Assembly: GCA_035542795.1 (NCBI GenBank)
Contig: DATKKT010000022.1
Span: 3,679 to 67,678 of the forward strand
Direction of reading: 5' to 3'
Length of the DNA stretch: 64,000 nucleotides
Source of the DNA: Burkholderiales bacterium
Lineage (GTDB): Bacteria; Pseudomonadota; Gammaproteobacteria; Burkholderiales; SG8-39
Positions 59,841 through 64,000 of the stretch are shown here, in pieces. The notes below the pieces were generated by a model that saw nothing but the letters and a program-made list of their open reading frames with translations, was not told the DNA's origin and ran no database searches. Every line of letters starts with the position of its first letter. Position 1 is the stretch's first letter. A program made the translations under genes and the position numbers.

Positions 59841-61601
59841 GTGCCCATGCGGCACATGCTCCGCCTCGCTCGCTTCGTCGCCCCCTACCGCCTGCGCATC
59901 GCGGCGGCCATGGTCGCGCTGCTGATCGCGGCGGGCTGCGTGCTCGTGCTCGGCCAGGGGCTCAAGCACGTCGTCGACGGCGGCTTCGGCAGCGGCGACC
60001 CGTCGCTGCTCAACGCCGCGCTCGCCGCGATCGTCGGCGTCGCGACGCTGCTGTCGGCGGCGACCTTCGTGCGCTTCACCCTGATGATGACGCTGGGCGA
60101 GCGCGTGGTCACCGACCTGCGGCGCAAGGTCTTCGATCACCTGCTCGGCCTCGAGCCCGGCTATTTCGAGGCGACGCGCACGGGCGAGGTGATCTCGCGC
60201 CTCACCAACGACACCACGCTGCTGCAGCAGGTGATCGGCTACGGCGTGTCGATGTTCGTGCGCAACGCCGTGATGATGCTGGGCTCCGTGGCGATGATGT
60301 TCGTGACGAGCTGGAAGCTCGCGCTGTTCGTGCTGCTCGGCATCCCGGCGACGCTGATCCCGATCCTGCTGCTGGGCCGGCGCGTGCGGCGCCTGTCGCG
60401 CGCCAACCAGGACCGCGTCGCCGACGTCTCGTCCTACGTGGACGAGGCGGTGCACGAGATCCGCACCGTGCAGGCCTACGCGCACGAGGAGGCGGACCGC
60501 GCGGCCTTCGCGACGCACGCCGAGGCCGCGTACCGCTCGGGCGTGCAGCGCATCGGCCAGAAGGCCTTCCTCATCGCCGCGGTCATGCTCATCGCGTTCT
60601 GCGCGGTCGGCGTGATCCTCTGGATCGGCGGCCACGACGTGTTCGCGGGCCGGCTGTCGGCGGGCGAGCTCACCGCGTTCGTGTTCTACGCTTTCGTCGC
60701 CGCGACCGGCGCCGGCACCGTCTCGGAAGTCTGGGGCGAGCTGCAGCGCGCCGCCGGCGCCACCGAGCGCCTCATGGAGATCCTCGACGCGCGCCCGGCC
60801 ATCGCCGCGCCCGCGCTGCCCGCGCCGCGCCCGCCGCACGTCGGCATCGCGTTCGAGCAGGTGACGTTCGCGTATCCGGCGCGCCCCGCGACGCCCGCGC
60901 TCGACCGCTTCGCGCTGGAGCTCGCGCCCGGCGAGCGCGTCGCGCTCGTCGGCCCGTCGGGCGCCGGCAAGACCACCGTGCTCGCGCTGCTGCTGCGCTT
61001 CTACGATCCGCAGCAGGGCAGCGTTCGCATCGGCGGCATCGACCTGCGCGAGTACGATCCGCAGGCGCTGCGCCGGCTGATCGCCGTGGTGCCGCAGGAC
61101 CCGGTGATCTTCGCCGCCAGCGTGCTCGAGAACGTGCGCTACGGGCGTCCGCAGGCGGGCCGCGCCGAGGTCGAGCGCGCCTGCGAGCAGGCCTTCGCGC
61201 TGGAGTTCGTCCACCGCCTGCCGCAGGGCCTGGACACCGCGCTCGGCGAGCGCGGCGTGACGCTCTCGGGCGGCCAGCGCCAGCGCCTGTCGATCGCGCG
61301 CGCGCTGCTCGCCGACCGGCCGATCCTGCTGCTCGACGAGGCGACCAGCTCGCTCGACGCGGCGAGCGAGCGCATGGTGCAGCAGGCGCTCGAGACGCTC
61401 GAGCGCGGCCGCACCACGCTCGTGATCGCGCACCGGCTGGCGACCGTGCAGCACGCCGACCGCATCGTCGTCCTGGACCGCGGCCGCATTGCCGCGCAGG
61501 GCACGCACGCCGAGCTGCTGCGCCAGGGCGGGCTCTACGCGAGCCTCGCCGCGCTGCAGTTTCTCGACGCCGGCGCGAGGCGGGCGGAACGCGCGGCGTG
61601 A
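59841..61601 (+). CDS. Exporter-type ABC half-transporter (fused TMD-NBD)
   Basis: Six-TM N-domain, Walker A GPSGAGKTT, signature LSGGQRQR, Walker B ILLLDEATS. GTG at 59841 or ATG at 59847. Confidence 0.85.
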   Translation: MPMRHMLRLARFVAPYRLRIAAAMVALLIAAGCVLVLGQGLKHVVDGGFGSGDPSLLNAALAAIVGVATLLSAATFVRFTLMMTLGERVVTDLRRKVFDHLLGLEPGYFEATRTGEVISRLTNDTTLLQQVIGYGVSMFVRNAVMMLGSVAMMFVTSWKLALFVLLGIPATLIPILLLGRRVRRLSRANQDRVADVSSYVDEAVHEIRTVQAYAHEEADRAAFATHAEAAYRSGVQRIGQKAFLIAAVMLIAFCAVGVILWIGGHDVFAGRLSAGELTAFVFYAFVAATGAGTVSEVWGELQRAAGATERLMEILDARPAIAAPALPAPRPPHVGIAFEQVTFAYPARPATPALDRFALELAPGERVALVGPSGAGKTTVLALLLRFYDPQQGSVRIGGIDLREYDPQALRRLIAVVPQDPVIFAASVLENVRYGRPQAGRAEVERACEQAFALEFVHRLPQGLDTALGERGVTLSGGQRQRLSIARALLADRPILLLDEATSSLDAASERMVQQALETLERGRTTLVIAHRLATVQHADRIVVLDRGRIAAQGTHAELLRQGGLYASLAALQFLDAGARRAERAA

Positions 61602-63079
61602 GGTGGTTTCTTGCGTTCTTGAGTTTGTTTTTTCTGATCGAAAAAGCAAATGCAGAACCGATTCGCGTGGGCTCCAAGCGCTTTACCGAGTCCTACATCC
61701 TCGGCGAGCTGATCGTGCGCACGGCGCGAGAGGGCGTCCACCGGCAGGGCCTCGGCAGCACCGGCATCGTCTTAGCGGCATTGAAGGCGGGCGAGATCGA
61801 TCTCTATCCCGAGTACACGGGCACGATTGCGAAGGAGATCCTCAAGCTGCCCGGCAATCCGCCGCTGGAGGAGATCAACCGGCACCTCGCGCCCTTGGGT
61901 CTCGCCGCCTCGGTGCCGCTCGGCTTCAACGACGGCTATGCGCTGGCGATGCGCGCCGATCGCGCCGACGCGCTCGGCATCCGCAGCCTGTCGGATCTCG
62001 CCAGGCATCCGGATCTGAAGCTGGGCCTGTCGCAGGAGTTCCTCGCGCGGGCCGACGGCTGGCCCGGAATGGCGAGCGCCTACGGGCTGCCGCCGGCCGC
62101 GCCGCAGGGCCTCGATCATGGCCTCGCCTACGAGGCGATCGCCGCCGGGCGCATCGACGTCATGGACGTCTACACCACGGACGCGAAGATCGAGCGCTAC
62201 GGGCTGCGGGCGCTCGCGGACGACCGCAATTTCTTCCCGCGCTACGACGCCGTGCTGCTGCACAGGCTCGACCTGCCGCAGCGCCACCCGGACGCCTGGG
62301 CGCGCCTGCGCACGCTGGCGGGCAGGATCGACGAGCGCGCGATGATCCGCATGAACGCGGCCGCCGAGCTGCAGGGAAAGAGCTTTTCCGAAGCCGCGGC
62401 CTTGTTCGAATCCGGTTTCTCCCCGAGCGCGGGCGCGCAGAGGCATTTCGTGCAGATGCTTTTCGGTCCGGATTTCCCGCGCCTCTCCGGGCAGCACCTG
62501 CTCCTGGTCTTCGTTTCCCTGGCGGCGAGCGTCGGCGCCGGCGTTCCCCTCGGAATTCTCTGCCAAAGGAAGAAGCGGCTGAGCCACGCGATTCTCGGCG
62601 CGGTAGGGGTCATCCAGACGATTCCGTCGCTGGCATTGTTCGCGTTCCTGATCGCGCTGCTCGGCACGATCGGCACGCTGCCGGCGCTGATCGCGCTGTT
62701 CCTGTATGCGCTGCTGCCGATCGTGCGCAACACGCACGCCGGGCTGCAGGCGGTCGGCCGCGGCATGCGCCAGGCCGCGCTCGCGCTCGGCCTGTCGCGG
62801 CGCGACCGGCTGCTGCGCATCGAGCTGCCGCTCGCGCTGCCCTCGATCCTCGCGGGCATCAAGACGTCCGCGGTGATCAACGTCGGCACCGCTACGATCG
62901 CCGCGTTCGTCGGCGCAGGCGGCTACGGCGAGCGCATCGTCTCGGGCCTCGCGCTCAACGACAGCATGACGATGCTCGCGGGCGCGATTCCCGCCGCGGC
63001 GCTCGCGCTGATCGTGCAGGGGCTGTTCGAGCTCGGCGAGCGCCGCCTGGCCTGGAGTCGCATTGGCGCTGAAGTATGA
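61598..63079 (+). CDS. Fused substrate-binding protein / permease of an osmoprotectant (glycine betaine/choline type) ABC importer
   Basis: Signal peptide MRWFLAFLSLFFLIEKANA. OpuAC-like binding domain (RVGSKRFTESYILGEL...IDLYPEYTGT). C-terminal permease with EAA loop RQAALALGLSRRDRLLRIELPLALP. GTGA overlap with the upstream gene. Confidence 0.8.
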   Translation: MRWFLAFLSLFFLIEKANAEPIRVGSKRFTESYILGELIVRTAREGVHRQGLGSTGIVLAALKAGEIDLYPEYTGTIAKEILKLPGNPPLEEINRHLAPLGLAASVPLGFNDGYALAMRADRADALGIRSLSDLARHPDLKLGLSQEFLARADGWPGMASAYGLPPAAPQGLDHGLAYEAIAAGRIDVMDVYTTDAKIERYGLRALADDRNFFPRYDAVLLHRLDLPQRHPDAWARLRTLAGRIDERAMIRMNAAAELQGKSFSEAAALFESGFSPSAGAQRHFVQMLFGPDFPRLSGQHLLLVFVSLAASVGAGVPLGILCQRKKRLSHAILGAVGVIQTIPSLALFAFLIALLGTIGTLPALIALFLYALLPIVRNTHAGLQAVGRGMRQAALALGLSRRDRLLRIELPLALPSILAGIKTSAVINVGTATIAAFVGAGGYGERIVSGLALNDSMTMLAGAIPAAALALIVQGLFELGERRLAWSRIGAEV

Positions 63080-63145
63080 TTTAGATCAAACGCCGAAAGT
63101 GATGGCGCGGCGATCATTCAGCCCTACCGCATAGAGGGGAATCCG

Positions 63146-64000
63146 ATGTCCCAGGTGATTGGGGTGCCGCGGGAGACCGCGGCGGAGGAGAAGCGCGTTG
63201 CCACCGTTCCCGAAGTGGTCGAGAAGCTGATCAAGCTCGGCTTCAAGGTGAAGGTGCAATCGGGCGCGGGCGACGCGGCCAACTTCGCCGACGACACCTA
63301 TCGCGCGGCGGGCGCCGAGATCGTCGCCGACGCGGCCGCGCTCTGGGCAGGCAGCGACATCGTCTTCAAGGTGCGCGGTCCGACGCCCGACGAGGTCGGC
63401 AGGATGCGAGAGGGACAAACCCTGATCAGCTTCATCTGGCCGGCGCAGAACCCCGAGCTGATGCAGAGCCTCGCCGCGCGCAAGGGCACGGTGCTCGCCA
63501 TCGATGCGCTGCCGCGCATGCTGAGCCGCGCGCAGAAGATGGACGCGCTCACGTCGATGGCCGGCATCGCCGGCTATCGCGCCGTGATCGAGGCGGCGCA
63601 CCACTTCGGCCGCTTCCTCACCGGACAGATCACCGCCGCGGGCAAGGTTCCCCCGGCCAAGGTGTTCATCGCCGGCGCCGGCGTCGCCGGCCTCGCCGCG
63701 ATCGGCACGGCCGTGGGCCTGGGCGCCATCGTGCGCGCCAACGACACGCGCGCCGAAGTCGCCGACCAGGTGGTGTCGATGGGCGGCGAGTTCGTGAAGG
63801 TCGACTACGAGGAGGAAGGCTCGGGCGGCGGCGGCTACGCCAAGGTAATGAGCGAGGGCTTCCAGAAGGCCCAGCGCGAGATGTACGCCAAGCAGGCGAG
63901 GGAAGTGGACATCATCATCACCACCGCGCTGATTCCCGGCAAGCCCGCGCCCAAGCTCATCACCGCGGAGATGGTGAAGTCGATGAAGCCGGGCAGCGTG
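63146..64000 (+). CDS. pntA: NAD(P) transhydrogenase subunit alpha (3' end lies outside the window)
   Basis: Not in the ORF track because no stop is reached. Hand translation gives MSQVIGVPRETAAEEKRVATVPEVVEKLIKLGF...KVFIAGAGVAGLAAIGTA (NAD Rossmann motif). The frame is open to base 64000. Confidence 0.85.
   Translation, partial: MSQVIGVPRETAAEEKRVATVPEVVEKLIKLGFKVKVQSGAGDAANFADDTYRAAGAEIVADAAALWAGSDIVFKVRGPTPDEVGRMREGQTLISFIWPAQNPELMQSLAARKGTVLAIDALPRMLSRAQKMDALTSMAGIAGYRAVIEAAHHFGRFLTGQITAAGKVPPAKVFIAGAGVAGLAAIGTAVGLGAIVRANDTRAEVADQVVSMGGEFVKVDYEEEGSGGGGYAKVMSEGFQKAQREMYAKQAREVDIIITTALIPGKPAPKLITAEMVKSMKPGSV

Noticed and set aside
57446-59857. 803-aa ORF antisense to the PAS-GGDEF gene
   Set aside because: An antisense artefact. 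The sense frame carries clear PAS and GGDEF motifs.

Overview
This is a high-GC segment (about 68-70% by eye, not computed) of core chromosome with betaproteobacterial, Burkholderiales-like gene order (glyA-nrdR-ribD-ribE; rpmG-rpmB-radC / coaBC-dut; clpS-clpA; purN-DUF3108-rsmB-like). I can support about 63 protein genes. I see no rRNA, tRNA, CRISPR, IS elements, integrases, phage genes or recognisable defence genes, so I did not find a convincing self-contained novel system. The region reads as ordinary housekeeping, transport and stress DNA. The ORF track misses two real genes: rpmG (51 aa, below the size cut-off) and a 3'-truncated pntA that runs off the window end. Most long ORFs antisense to conserved genes are high-GC artefacts. 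Items worth a second look, in rough order: (1) a NikR locus where a TonB-dependent receptor and a small HX4DH membrane protein diverge from a 55-bp spacer carrying GTATGA-N16-GCATAC; (2) next to it, a monocistronic 51-aa secreted (x-[DE]-K-K)x7 repeat peptide with a long structured leader; (3) two ABC importer modules with no importer ATPase gene, one translationally coupled to TauE/DUF1634 and one to an exporter-type TMD-NBD protein; (4) about 15 short AT-rich, rare-codon (AGA/TTG/ATT/AAA) islands inside otherwise GC-rich conserved genes; (5) glcF translationally coupled to a cytoplasmic molybdopterin oxidoreductase, with glcDE and glcF split by an antisense gene; (6) a class III cyclase-FHA fusion; (7) a HAD gene with a non-canonical DWHGT motif coupled to ribE; (8) a perfect nested 26-bp inverted repeat between radC and rpmB. 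All functional calls rest on motif recognition by eye. No database search or computation was run.
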